Part shown: piece after piece, positions 37,975 to 48,841 of the stretch
How the letters are laid out: each line of letters opens with the position of its first letter
How positions within the stretch are numbered: the stretch's first letter is position 1
Assembly (NCBI GenBank): GCA_021613535.1
Contig: CP075495.1
Location: forward strand, 4,154,001 to 4,218,000
Direction of reading: 5' to 3'
DNA from: Adineta vaga
Lineage: Eukaryota; Animalia; Rotifera
DNA: 64,000 nucleotides
The notes under the pieces: generated by a model
Seen by the model: only the letters and a program-made list of their open reading frames with translations
Databases searched by the model: none
What the model was told of the DNA's origin: nothing
Program-made: the position numbers and the translations under genes

Positions 37975-40228
37975 ATGCCGCAAACAATATTAATAAAAGC
38001 ACAATATTTAATTTTACTTAGTTTTTTATTAACATTTCTTGTTATAACAAATGCATTCTATACAAAAAGACAATTCTATCCATCGGTTGTCTATTTAACA
38101 AAATCGAATACAAGTCTTGGAGTAAGAAATCCTTGAATTTTCCGTAAGATAAATGAAGTTTTTCGGTAGGTTTTGTATGTTCAAGCATTTGTATTTACTG
38201 TTTTGTTTGGAAAACTTATTCAACGGATATTTCTCGGACAACTTCGTGCGATTGAAACTGAAGTTTGTAAACAAATACTATATTGTTTTCATCGATCTAT
38301 TTATGTTCTTTTTATTTCTTTTTAAGCATCTTTATGATCGTGCATGGTTTTCTATTACAGAAACATTTTTAGCATTAGCTGTATTTCGTGATGAATTCAG
38401 TTCCCATTTTATAGCTTCATTTGTAATTTTGTTATTTCTAAAATGTTTTCATTGGTTAGTAGAAGATCGTGTAGATTATGTAAGTTAAGATTATTCTCTA
38501 TTTTATACAGAAAAAAAGTAGATTCTGATTTAGATGGAACAAAGTCCTGTACTTGGTGTGACATTTCATGCACGAATTATTAGTAGGATACGAAATATCT
38601 ATGTGTTCGTAAAGGAATGTTTTTATTTCTAGGTCTTCTAAGTGTTTTATTCTTTTTGGATTATTTATTTATATCATCAGCCTATGCTTTTACATCATCG
38701 AAAGGTGCTTCTGTTCAAATCGTTTTCGGTTTTGAGGTATGAAACAAAGAAAAATTACAATATCGAGATATTGATGATTTTTTCATTGTACTATATTTCA
38801 GTATGCTATTCTACTTCTTTCGGTTATTTCTACTGGAATGAAATATATTCTTCATTTCATTGAAATTCGTACCGGTGAACAATGGGAAAACAAAGGTGTT
38901 TATATGTTGTATTCCGATTTAGTCCTTGGATTTACTCGTCTTACATTATATATGATATTTATTGTAGTCATGATGAGAATTCATACATTTCCATTATTTG
39001 CTATTCGACCCATGTTTATTGCCGTTAGGTAAATTTTCTCCACTATGAATATTCTTTCTATATTTTATCTATTAGAGCATTTCGAAAATCATGTACTGAT
39101 GTTTTGGAATCACGACGTGCTATTCAAAATTTAAATACCATGTATCCTGATTTAACAGCTGAAGAACTTGCAAATGTTACTGATACGACATGTATTATTT
39201 GTCGCGAAGAAATGCAAGTACAACAAAGTATAAAACGCCTGACTTGTCAACATGTTTTTCATAAACATTGTTTACGGTCATGGTTTCAACGACAACAAAC
39301 TTGTATGTGTTTTTTATTTCAAGAATTTTTCTTTCTTATGTCATTTATGTATTTTTCAAGGTCCAATATGCCGAACGACTGTACTACAACCTGCAACTCG
39401 TCGACCAACACGAGTCAATGCTCAACCAGCAGCAGCAGCAGCAGCACCACCACCACCGCAAGCACAGGGACAAGGACCCGTAGCCTCCAAATGGAGCTAA
39501 CTCATCGCCATCATCATCTTCTGCTTCAGCATCACCATCTAGTTCAAATATCCCTTTCAGAAATACAACTAATACCCAAATACCTCCTCCAACTACCAAT
39601 ACAATTGGTAGTGGAATCTTTTCACAAATGCCAATAGGTGGTGTGTTTCCTATGGTATTACCACCTTTTGGTAAATAAAACAAAAATTTTAGAAGAAATT
39701 ATCGTGAATGAAATATTTGTTTATTTAGCTTTTCCTCCACCACCATTACCGCCAGCAAATTTTACGGGTATGTCGGAAGAAAGCATTCGGGCAATGGAAG
39801 GAACTGAATTAGCTCATGTTCAAGCACGTATACAGTGTTTACGTAATGTTAGAATACTATTAGATGCATCCATGATACAAATGCAACAATACATGAATAT
39901 TGTATCAACACAAAGGTTTGTTTTTCTTTCTAAAAATCTTTTCTTTGGAGCAGAATTTATCTGTATTTTTTAATAGTAATATGGATAATGGTACTCGTTT
40001 ATTAAGTAATCTTAGTACTGATCTCGATCGAACGTTTCCATCATCCAATCAATCCAATACAACCGCCTAGTAAAGTGTTGCTTATATTTCTATCTATTGA
40101 ATTTTAATAACACTGACTATTTAGATGCCAATGAAAATGATGCTGATAAGATACACTGCCACTTATTAGACTATTATGAAAAAAGGTTATCTCCAAACAG
40201 TAGTGATCAAATTCACAACGAGAGTTAA
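37975..40228 (+). CDS. SYVN1: ERAD E3 ligase HRD1/synoviolin; frameshift at about 39483; 3' end uncertain (stop at 40070 or 40228)
   Basis: QFYPSVVYLTKS, AWFSITETFLALAVFRDEF, KCFHWLVEDRVDY, WENKGVY, RING-H2 [56 protein letters not shown]. Confidence 0.93.
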
Positions 40229-40470
40229 ATAGATATTTATTCATATTCATATTCTAAACAGTGTCCTCTATTCACTTCTACTTAAACCTTTTCTTCTTTC
40301 TCGTTAAACCCTTTGTTCATTGTATATATACATATACGAACAAAAATGTTTCTAAAATAAAATATGAATGAAGCAACTCATCTTTATTGTACAAAGAAGT
40401 ATATACATATATTTATCACTGTTAAATGATACCTGACAGAAAAAATACAAGATATTCTATTGTTAGTAAT

Positions 40471-41886
40471 TCAAAATTGTTGTTCATGAGCTTCAAATGG
40501 TTGTAAAGCAAATTGAACAATTGATTCAATGATCCATTCAGGATCAAGAAAATATACACCATTTGAACGAGATAATTCAAATAGTTGTTGTTGATTTGTT
40601 GAAACAAATGGACAGAATTCATCACAAAGTACAATGGTTAATATTGAATGATCACTGACTGTCGTTAAAGGAAATGTGTCGAGACTAGAACCATGACATA
40701 ATTGTATCAATGAAATTAATTCAGTTTTAGACTAAAAATAGATCAATAGTTTTCCTTGATATCAAATAAGCGAACATGAACTTACCATTTTATCTTGACA
40801 ACCATCACATAAAATAAAAAATTGACAATTTTGAAATAATTTAACTTGTTTTGCTAATCGACTCTTTCTCATTCCATCATGATATTCTCCAAAAGGGATA
40901 TCACCACGTATTTCATAATTCATTTCATTAACAATTTGATTTTGTTTTAAACATTCATTAATCCATTCATAACTAAGAACATATAAATGACGAGCAATGG
41001 CTTGAAATAATTTCATAGTTAATGGACATAATAATGGTTGTTCTTCATTTCCAATAATCAAATGCGTTGTTGAATCATCAACTTGTTCAGATAATGTCAT
41101 TTGATCAGAATAATTGCTTACGAATTGACGAAGATTCATCTAGAAAGAATGCAAAGAGAAATGTTTTATCAAATGTTTCTCTTAGACTTTTTTTTACATA
41201 CAATTTGTGCATTATTTAAACAAGAATATGCAATAATAATTTCCTTATCAGTCAGATCTATTACTTCGATTGTTTCCTCGTCTGATGAAAATGATAAACC
41301 AAGTATTCTCTTCAAATCGTGTAAATCATCTTCTTCGTTTTGTTTTTGTCTTTTTCCATTAATTTTCACGGGTAATTTATGTTCTTTACGCATTTTTACA
41401 CGAGCATTCGTAAACCAGATAGTGATTTGTGCTGAAGTCATTTTAGTCTTTTTCATTAAAATTTGTTTCTCGTTTTCAGTTGGATCTAAATGTCAAAATC
41501 AAATATATTAATAGAAGAAAAAGTGAGCTACAAAACATACATGGATGATTTTGATGTTCATACAGCCATTGTTTTAAAGGACCTGTAGAATTACGTTCAC
41601 GACCAGTTGTATTAAATAATGTTGATAATTTACAATTTTCTTTAACATTATCTGTCTCCATTGTTGATGTAACTCGATTATCATTGCTACTTGATTCCGT
41701 ACATTTTGTTTCCTTCCCAATTGAATCTGTTTTTCTCAGAATTTTTATGCCCGTTAAGTCATTTTGATCCGTCATTTCACAAGATTGTTGATTGAGCATA
41801 TCGATTAATGATGAACCAGATGATAATACAGAGATATTTATAAATGAATTATTCGATGTTGATAGATCAGAATATTCTGATAGCAT
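40471..41886 (-). CDS. TALE (Iroquois/Mohawk-like) homeodomain fused to BRCA1-type tandem BRCT repeats, 414 aa, 4 exons
   Basis: Exons 41886-41541, 41485-41202, 41139-40786 and 40731-40471 join in frame (1245 nt). PLKQWLYEHQNHPYPTENEK...WFTNAR; THLII...TMKLFQAIA..VLSYEWI..YEIRGD; WIIESI. Confidence 0.88.
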
Positions 41887-41946
41887 TTTCTTACGAATTA
41901 AAATGTTGATTTCGAATGAATAAGATATCCTAAATTTGCTAGACAA

Positions 41947-41964
41947 TATATATATATATATATA
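41947..41964. repeat. (TA)n microsatellite
   Basis: Read directly from the sequence. Confidence 0.8.
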
Positions 41965-41994
41965 ACATCGACTGATGCATCTGACTCAGATATA

Positions 41995-42270
41995 CACTGT
42001 TCAATACAACAATGAAATGCCGACCGTAGTGAAAACGGCGGTCACCGGCAGATATCATCGACGGGCATTATCAAAGATTAGCAATTTCAGAAGAAGAGTA
42101 GCACGGACGGGTCATGACCGTCAGGATAATCATAGCATAACCTGTAAATGAGATTTGTCTTGCTAGGACTATGATTTGTATCAATCATCTCTATTCATAG
42201 AATCCTTTATGCATAAGAAGAATTACTTCTTATCGTATTTAAATGTTGTATGTTGAAATCAGTGGTTTTT
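41995..42270. other. GC-enriched structured element (candidate ncRNA or MITE-like relic)
   Basis: Imperfect terminal inverted repeat 41995-42011/42244-42264 enclosing four hairpins, followed by a T5 run on the + strand. Confidence 0.45.
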
Positions 42271-42583
42271 CATTTCCAGAACCTGTTCCGAGTGAATTCA
42301 TGAATGAGAAATCTCTTCATATTACTGATTAATCAAAATAATTCTCTTCTATATTTGATACTATTCGTTGAATGAAATAAGATGAAAAGGAACAATTAAT
42401 TGATGAAACATGATAATGGCTAATTGGTTCATCTACTTGGGTTATATGTCACATAACAGAACATATCTTTGATTAACTTTTCATACTTAACAAGATGATC
42501 TATTTTAATCTAAATTGGCTTTCCACTTCGATAAGAATAAAACTGTTCGAAAATAGTTCCATTTTCAGTTCGAAATTAAAAAA

Positions 42584-43132
42584 ATGCATCGTTCTAAACA
42601 ATCACGTAAACGTCATCAATCTTCATCTTTTATTAAATTTGTTACTCGTATTCAAAATACATTTTCTACGAAAAATCTTAAATCATCTACTCCAGTTATT
42701 TCACAAATGCAACCAGTTCATCCTGTAAATTCTACTCCTGTAAGTTTTCTACGATGAAAAAATTGTGTCGGTTTTAAAACATGTAATATTTATTTTTAGC
42801 TTCCAACGTTTCCATCATTTTCGAATCATCCACGTTGTCGATTATCACAAATACTTTATGATCCATCACATCAAGTGGAATATTTAAGTGAAATCGAAGA
42901 AAAAACCACTTCGAATTTTTCGGAACAATCACTTGCTGTTGATGATAACGATTCATGTTATGATTCAATGAGTGAACATCGAAATGATCGATTTAATTTA
43001 TCACAAATGAATGTTAGTACGGACGAATTAAATGATCGTGAATCTAAACAAATGAAATTACTTAAATTACCTTATTCATTGGAAAAAGCTCGTTTCCATT
43101 CAACTGCTATCAATGATACAGGCAATTTCTAA
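42584..43132 (+). CDS. Small Ser-rich orphan protein (about 160 aa, 2 exons)
   Basis: MHRSKQSRKRHQSSSFIKF..., donor GTAAGT at about 42740, acceptor TTTTTAG at about 42799, in frame with ORF 42875-43132. No recognisable domain. Confidence 0.6.
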
Positions 43133-43680
43133 ATTGTGTTCTTGAATTTTTTGTTTTGTCTCAGAATATTTATTTATTCATAATAAATTATTTCTTTGAT
43201 CCCAGGGGTCAGTTGATTAGAATAGAAATCGATTTTCTCTTGTGAAAAAGTAAAATTATTTGATGAAAAGCACAATTCCAGAGACGTTTTTATTTATAAC
43301 CAGTGTTAAATAACCGTTGAACGGTGTCATATGTAACGATTATTGATTAATGTTGAGGGAAAGGATGGAATGAGTTTGAGAGAGAAAAATGATAGGCAAG
43401 GCATGTGATTATGAAATAGAGAAAGATCAAAGGAATGATACATGAGCAGAAAGGAAAAATATGCTGATGATCAGAAATTAATTGTATCACTTGAATGATG
43501 GAATAGTTCATGAACAATTCTTAAGTGATTGTTTTCATACGTTTTTACTGATACAGTGGAAGAAACCGTAATAGACATTATTGTGAAAAAATTGTGTTAA
43601 GAATAAAATGGTTCTGATGTGAACGTATATTCAATAGATGTCTGTCAACTAGTGACATAGGATACTGATTGGTTCTAATC

Positions 43681-45084
43681 ATGGAAACCGATGACTCATT
43701 GCTATTGGTACAGAGTTGTTCTGTCAGTTTACTATATAACTCAATCCTTGTCAGATCGATGGAGGAGCATGTTGCTGATGAAGATGACAAGGTCGATGCC
43801 TCTGTATCATTGCTATCAGAAAGTTTTTTAACTTCCGTTTACGATGTTACTCGTGGAATCTTTCGTCATTTACCTGTTCGTTCAGTTGATTCTTGTTCAT
43901 TAGTATGTCAATCATGGGCACAAGTATCTCGTTTAACTAAATCACATCGTCGTACCATTCATGCACTAACTTATCCTCCGAATCCATGTTCAACAACAAC
44001 AGTATGTTCAAATCTTTTATACGATTTCGATCAATATATAATTTCGTATATAAATAATATTGTATGGTCAATTCCAACATTAGCATTAGTTGTATCAACG
44101 AATATTTTAGCAAGTAAAGGTTTTTATTCATCCCCGAATTCTCCCTCGCCATCGAAACATACCGAAATAGGCAATCATACACGAATTACTGAACGTTTCG
44201 ATATATCTCAAGCATTATCAAGACATTTAAATAAATCATGTAAAATGTTAATGATTGCTGCTGACGGAATTATTGCATCAACAGAGAATAATCAATCGAA
44301 TGAAATTGAGTCAGGTAATCGATATTTACTAAATTCGAAATTGTTTTGTTTTCATTTGAATTATTTTTCTTCTTCTTCTCAAGATGATGCAATTGGAATC
44401 TTATTTTTTCCACATTTTCCTTCTGATGTTCTTGGAATTTATCCATTTGAAATACCATCCAATGCTCAAATTTCGTCGGATATGTCTCGTGCTGAATTAC
44501 ATCGTTTTCTTGGTTCAGTACCCGATGATGTTTCTATTCGATGTGTTATTTTTTTCTTTGTTCAACGTCAGTCTCACGCTGTTGATTGTATAAAAAAATT
44601 ACTCGAATATTATTCATCCGAAATTGCCATTATCGGTGGTTTTGTTGACAAATTTAATTATGATGATCGACAAATTCATTCAACACGAACATCATATGAT
44701 GCATGTGGAATTGTGATTACCGGAGATAAAAAACGCTTACATATTGGAGAGATTCTATTAGAAAATGATATACGTACACGTGAGCAAATACATGATAAAT
44801 TAAAAAAATTAAAAACGTTAGAAAGTGATCATTCTATATCATTTGCAATACAAATCAGTTGTATTGCACGTGGTTCGAATTATTATAATGATGAACAGAA
44901 TGTTGAATGTTCCGAGTTCCGAAAATTATTTCCCAATACACCATTAATTGGTGTATTTGGGAATGGTGAACTTGGACATGATTATTTACCAAATACAAAT
45001 CCGATAATGACAAAACAAGCAACTGGAAAAAATTTATTTCGAGGTTATTCATCGGTATTTACTTTGATCTCTTTACATCTCTGA
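43681..45084 (+). CDS. FBXO22: F-box only protein 22-like (F-box plus FIST-C domain)
   Basis: F-box IFRHLPVRSVDSCSLVCQSW; C-terminal SCIARGSNYY..NVECSEFRKLFPNTPLIGVFGNGELG. Probable 69-nt intron 44315-44383. Start ATG at 43681 or 43759. Confidence 0.85.
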   Translation: METDDSLLLVQSCSVSLLYNSILVRSMEEHVADEDDKVDASVSLLSESFLTSVYDVTRGIFRHLPVRSVDSCSLVCQSWAQVSRLTKSHRRTIHALTYPPNPCSTTTVCSNLLYDFDQYIISYINNIVWSIPTLALVVSTNILASKGFYSSPNSPSPSKHTEIGNHTRITERFDISQALSRHLNKSCKMLMIAADGIIASTENNQSNEIESGNRYLLNSKLFCFHLNYFSSSSQDDAIGILFFPHFPSDVLGIYPFEIPSNAQISSDMSRAELHRFLGSVPDDVSIRCVIFFFVQRQSHAVDCIKKLLEYYSSEIAIIGGFVDKFNYDDRQIHSTRTSYDACGIVITGDKKRLHIGEILLENDIRTREQIHDKLKKLKTLESDHSISFAIQISCIARGSNYYNDEQNVECSEFRKLFPNTPLIGVFGNGELGHDYLPNTNPIMTKQATGKNLFRGYSSVFTLISLHL

Positions 45085-45239
45085 ACAGTATTTTTTACAG
45101 AGAAGATTTATATATATATATGTACATATTGACATGATTTGTTTTGGTTTTTTTCTTCTCATTTTGTTTCGATTGTATAGTAGCAATATAATCAAAATAG
45201 TTTCGTTTTCTTTATTTGAAAAATCTTTTTTTTAGATAT

Positions 45240-47100
45240 ATGAGTTCGAATAGTCCGGTGGGGAATATAAACGTCCACATAAACATTTAAATTACATTCC
45301 ATGGGAACCAAATCGAGCAGCAGTATCAAGGATAGAACAAACTAAACCTGTTCGATCAATGCCCGAACAATCAATTTCAACACAATTATATCGATATCAA
45401 AATACGAGTAAATCTCCATCACCAACTACGATGATGGGAAAAGAAACGATCAATACTGGAAATCGAATTAAACCAACAGCAACTGTCGAACCATTCCAAG
45501 CATCGATCAATGTCGATGAAATCCTTTATGGTATCAGGTGAGAAATGATAAGATCATATCTATGGTAGCAAACAGAAGTATGCCGCATACTATTCTGTCA
45601 TTTATTGATAGGAACATTTGTCGATTTAAAATTACTCTAGTTCTCTACTATAAAATTATCGTTGTCAGAGGCGATGTCTATTGAATATAGACTTGAGAAA
45701 AAATAACGCATTAACTTATAAATATACTGAAATACTATGAGAGAATACAACTATGATTTCAATTGACTTTTTGTTTTTGAGATTTTTCTCGTCATAACAA
45801 CACACTTAATAGGAAAGAATAGAATAGGAACAGCTGTTGCCAAGACATTCAAGATTTTGAACTTAAGATAAATGTGAATATGTGTCAATGGATCTTTGAT
45901 TAGGTCTCCAAGTCCAACAAATCACATCTCTACAGATTTGAATCTCTCCAGTGATCAACAAGAACTTAAAAATGAATTAGAACGTACTCAAGAAGAAAAT
46001 GCTGCTCTTAAACAACAACTTGAAATTCAAACACAAGTACGAATGATCTTAGAAAAACGAATATTCACAAACATTAACATTCTTCTTTTTTTAGGTTAAT
46101 GGTGAACTGAAAAAATTGTTGGTTGCATCGGTTGGAACAGATTTTCAATATCGATTAGAACGACTTCTTCGGTAAATTTTCTATTCATTGATGTCTTGTA
46201 GAAAAAAAAGCAATATATATATTTCGTTTTTGTAGAGATAAATCTCGTTATGAACTTGAAATTCAAGTTTTAACAACAAAAATCAATGATTTACTTGAAG
46301 AAGTTGAAAAACTGACAATTCAATGCGATATTCATCAAAGTAGATCAGCAGCAAGCCGGTAATATTTTCATAAGAACATTAACATCATTGAATAAAAATC
46401 TTCATTACTCTTCTCTTCTTGTAGAGTTTTGATTGACGAACTGAATATGCATAAAAGTTTATTGAATGTTCAATATAATGATTGTTCAAATGTTATACAA
46501 CGTTTACTTGCTGAACGTTCTAAAATAGCCAAAGAACTTATTCAAACTCATAGGTAAATATATCTTTCATTTCATACAGATCTAACATCTTCCATTTATT
46601 TTAACTAGTTATTTATCATTATTAAATGAAGTAGCTTTAAAACATACTCACAAACATCTATCTGTTTCACCTAAATTTGATTTAATTCAACTTTCATCTT
46701 ATTTACAAATATTAGCATCATCATTATATACTTATCTCAAACAAAAAGTTTTTCATCAACAAAGCAATCAACGACAAATGAGTATACAATTAGAATTGAC
46801 AGAAACGGAAACTTGTGCACTTGAAGTAGATATTTTTTTGCCAATTTATATTGAAGAATATTTGATTTTGATCGATAAATTTAGGTTTTACAAAGTCATA
46901 CATTAGTCTCGTCATTACAGACTTCAAATAATTCTATTGAAAAAAGTTTTAATAATATTGAACAATTAGAATCAATGATTAATCGTTTGAAATTAGTGAA
47001 CAAAAAAAAATCTCATGAACGTTTTCATCCAACAACACGTTATGAAAATTTAACATTAAATTGTTGTCGTGATTGTTCAGGAGAGATTCATATTGTTTAA
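45240..47100 (+). CDS. BLZF1: Golgin-45 (BLZF1); apparent frameshift just after the ATG
   Basis: LEIQTQVNGELKKLLVASVG, C-terminal RFHPTTRYENLTLNCCRDCSGEIHIV*, N-terminal YIPWEPNRAAV. Confidence 0.85.
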
Positions 47101-47776
47101 TGGTACCTGATTTTTCTTGTGTCTTTTGGTGAACTATTTTCTTGAAATAAATTTATCTTTCGTATCTTCAGTTTCTTTTTATTAGAAAACAAAATCAAAC
47201 GAATTCATATAGTAAACCGTTCAAACTCTCGTGAATATAGATAGTTTCCCATTCGCTTTAGCTCCAACTATAGAACACTTTTTTTCACATATTACGTGAT
47301 CAATATTTTAGAATATTCATTAGTTTGTCTTTGAACTCTTGTCCGAATGAATTAAGATAACCACATTTCATTCTTTCTTTTATAAACATATCACTAGATA
47401 ATAATAGTATGGAACGGTATTATCAATGGTTATCAATTACTTTAGTTAGACATTCTATTTGACAAATACATTTATTTTTAGAACTAACACTGTTTTTACA
47501 ATCAAATATATCATAAAATCACACATAGAATTCTTAGATACATACTAGATGACGACAATAGAAGGAGAAGAAGAAGAAGAAGAAGAAAAAAACACATTAG
47601 ATAGTTTCTTTCTCATAATCATTGAATGTCTCCTCGGGATGGTATATAGGATGAGTACCAAACGTGATGATTTCAATGGATTAATAGAGTTATGTTAAAT
47701 CAGAAAATCGTATAAATAAACTCGATTTTGAATTTCTATTCCATACCAATCATCTTTGAACGATAGAAGAATAAGT

Positions 47777-48346
47777 TCACGATTTCGATGTCATATTAAA
47801 TAATTTAAAACGCCATTTTATTGGCATTGGTGATGATACTGCTTCTGGGGTTGTTTTATCGAGAAGTGTTTCTTCTTCTAGTAGATCAGTTTGTGTTTGT
47901 TGTTTCAAAAGATTACATACTTGTGTTGAATTAGATTTATTTTCGGATAATTTGTCTTCATCATCTGTATTGGATAAATGACCAAATTTTTTTGATAACA
48001 TATCGATCTTTGCTCGTAAGATTTGATTTTCATTATTTAATTGTGATACTTTAGTTTCTAAAACTAGATCATTCATTCGTCGTTTTACACGTGAACGTTT
48101 AGCCGATAGATTATTTTTCGATCGTTGCGACCAATAGATTGGATCTTTTTTATCATCGGGAATGAAGGCACGTTTTTTTCGACGTGATTTATTGTTCAAT
48201 AAAACATATTCTTTTCGTTGAAGATCTGGACTAGAACATGATGATGTTGATACTGACGATAGAGATGATGGAGATGTTGTTAAAGTATTTGAATAGGAAT
48301 GAAATTCATTCGAATTGTTCAGTTGTAGTGATGATGGCGACGACAT
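47777..48346 (-). CDS. NFIL3: bZIP transcription factor NFIL3/E4BP4/vrille-like
   Basis: RRKKRAFIPDDKKDPIYWSQRSKNNLSAKRSRVKRRMNDLVLE followed by a leucine zipper; the NDLVLE hinge is typical of NFIL3/vrille. Confidence 0.8.
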   Translation of the reverse strand: MSSPSSLQLNNSNEFHSYSNTLTTSPSSLSSVSTSSCSSPDLQRKEYVLLNNKSRRKKRAFIPDDKKDPIYWSQRSKNNLSAKRSRVKRRMNDLVLETKVSQLNNENQILRAKIDMLSKKFGHLSNTDDEDKLSENKSNSTQVCNLLKQQTQTDLLEEETLLDKTTPEAVSSPMPIKWRFKLFNMTSKS

Positions 48347-48841
48347 ATATTGAAATTATTTCGTATAATTTTAATTTATGATATATACTAGTCATAAAAA
48401 TGAGTAAGAGATCTCGAGACGAGAACAACGACAATCTACCCGCCCGATCGTTCAATAGTGCGTCGTCTGTCTGGACATTGAGTATTGCTCTTTCTTTTTC
48501 TCCTTCTCCTTCGTCTTCTATTCTTTTACAATGACCAGACATTGATGTAGAATGTCTACCTTGAGTGAAAGAACGCGAGCCAAACGGAGCACAAGGAGGG
48601 AGGGCAGCAGACACATATACATATACATAGACAGAATGAATTGATGGCGAGACGATCGTGTCATAATAAACATACACATAGTTTGCACTCGATAGAGTGA
48701 AAGAGAGAGAAAAAGGTCAAGTATAGATTTGTCTCTTTCTTTTCTCTTTCTATCAATGAATGGCTAATGAATTGTTCATAATTTTAGATCTGAAAAAAAC
48801 AAGAATCTCAACAAAAATATTAGAAAAGAAAAACAGAAAAT

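Noticed and set aside
41970-42020. Hammerhead ribozyme (CTGATG...GAAA)
   Set aside because: The core reads CTGATGC, not CTGANGA, and the required three stems cannot be formed.
43312-43326. Palindrome ACCGTT-G-AACGGT upstream of FBXO22
   Set aside because: Could be paired MYB-type sites, but it is too short to distinguish from chance.
48306-48677. 123-aa ORF overlapping the NFIL3 start as a regulatory uORF
   Set aside because: No ATG start for the full ORF, no domain and unknown TSS; the region looks like promoter/5'UTR.
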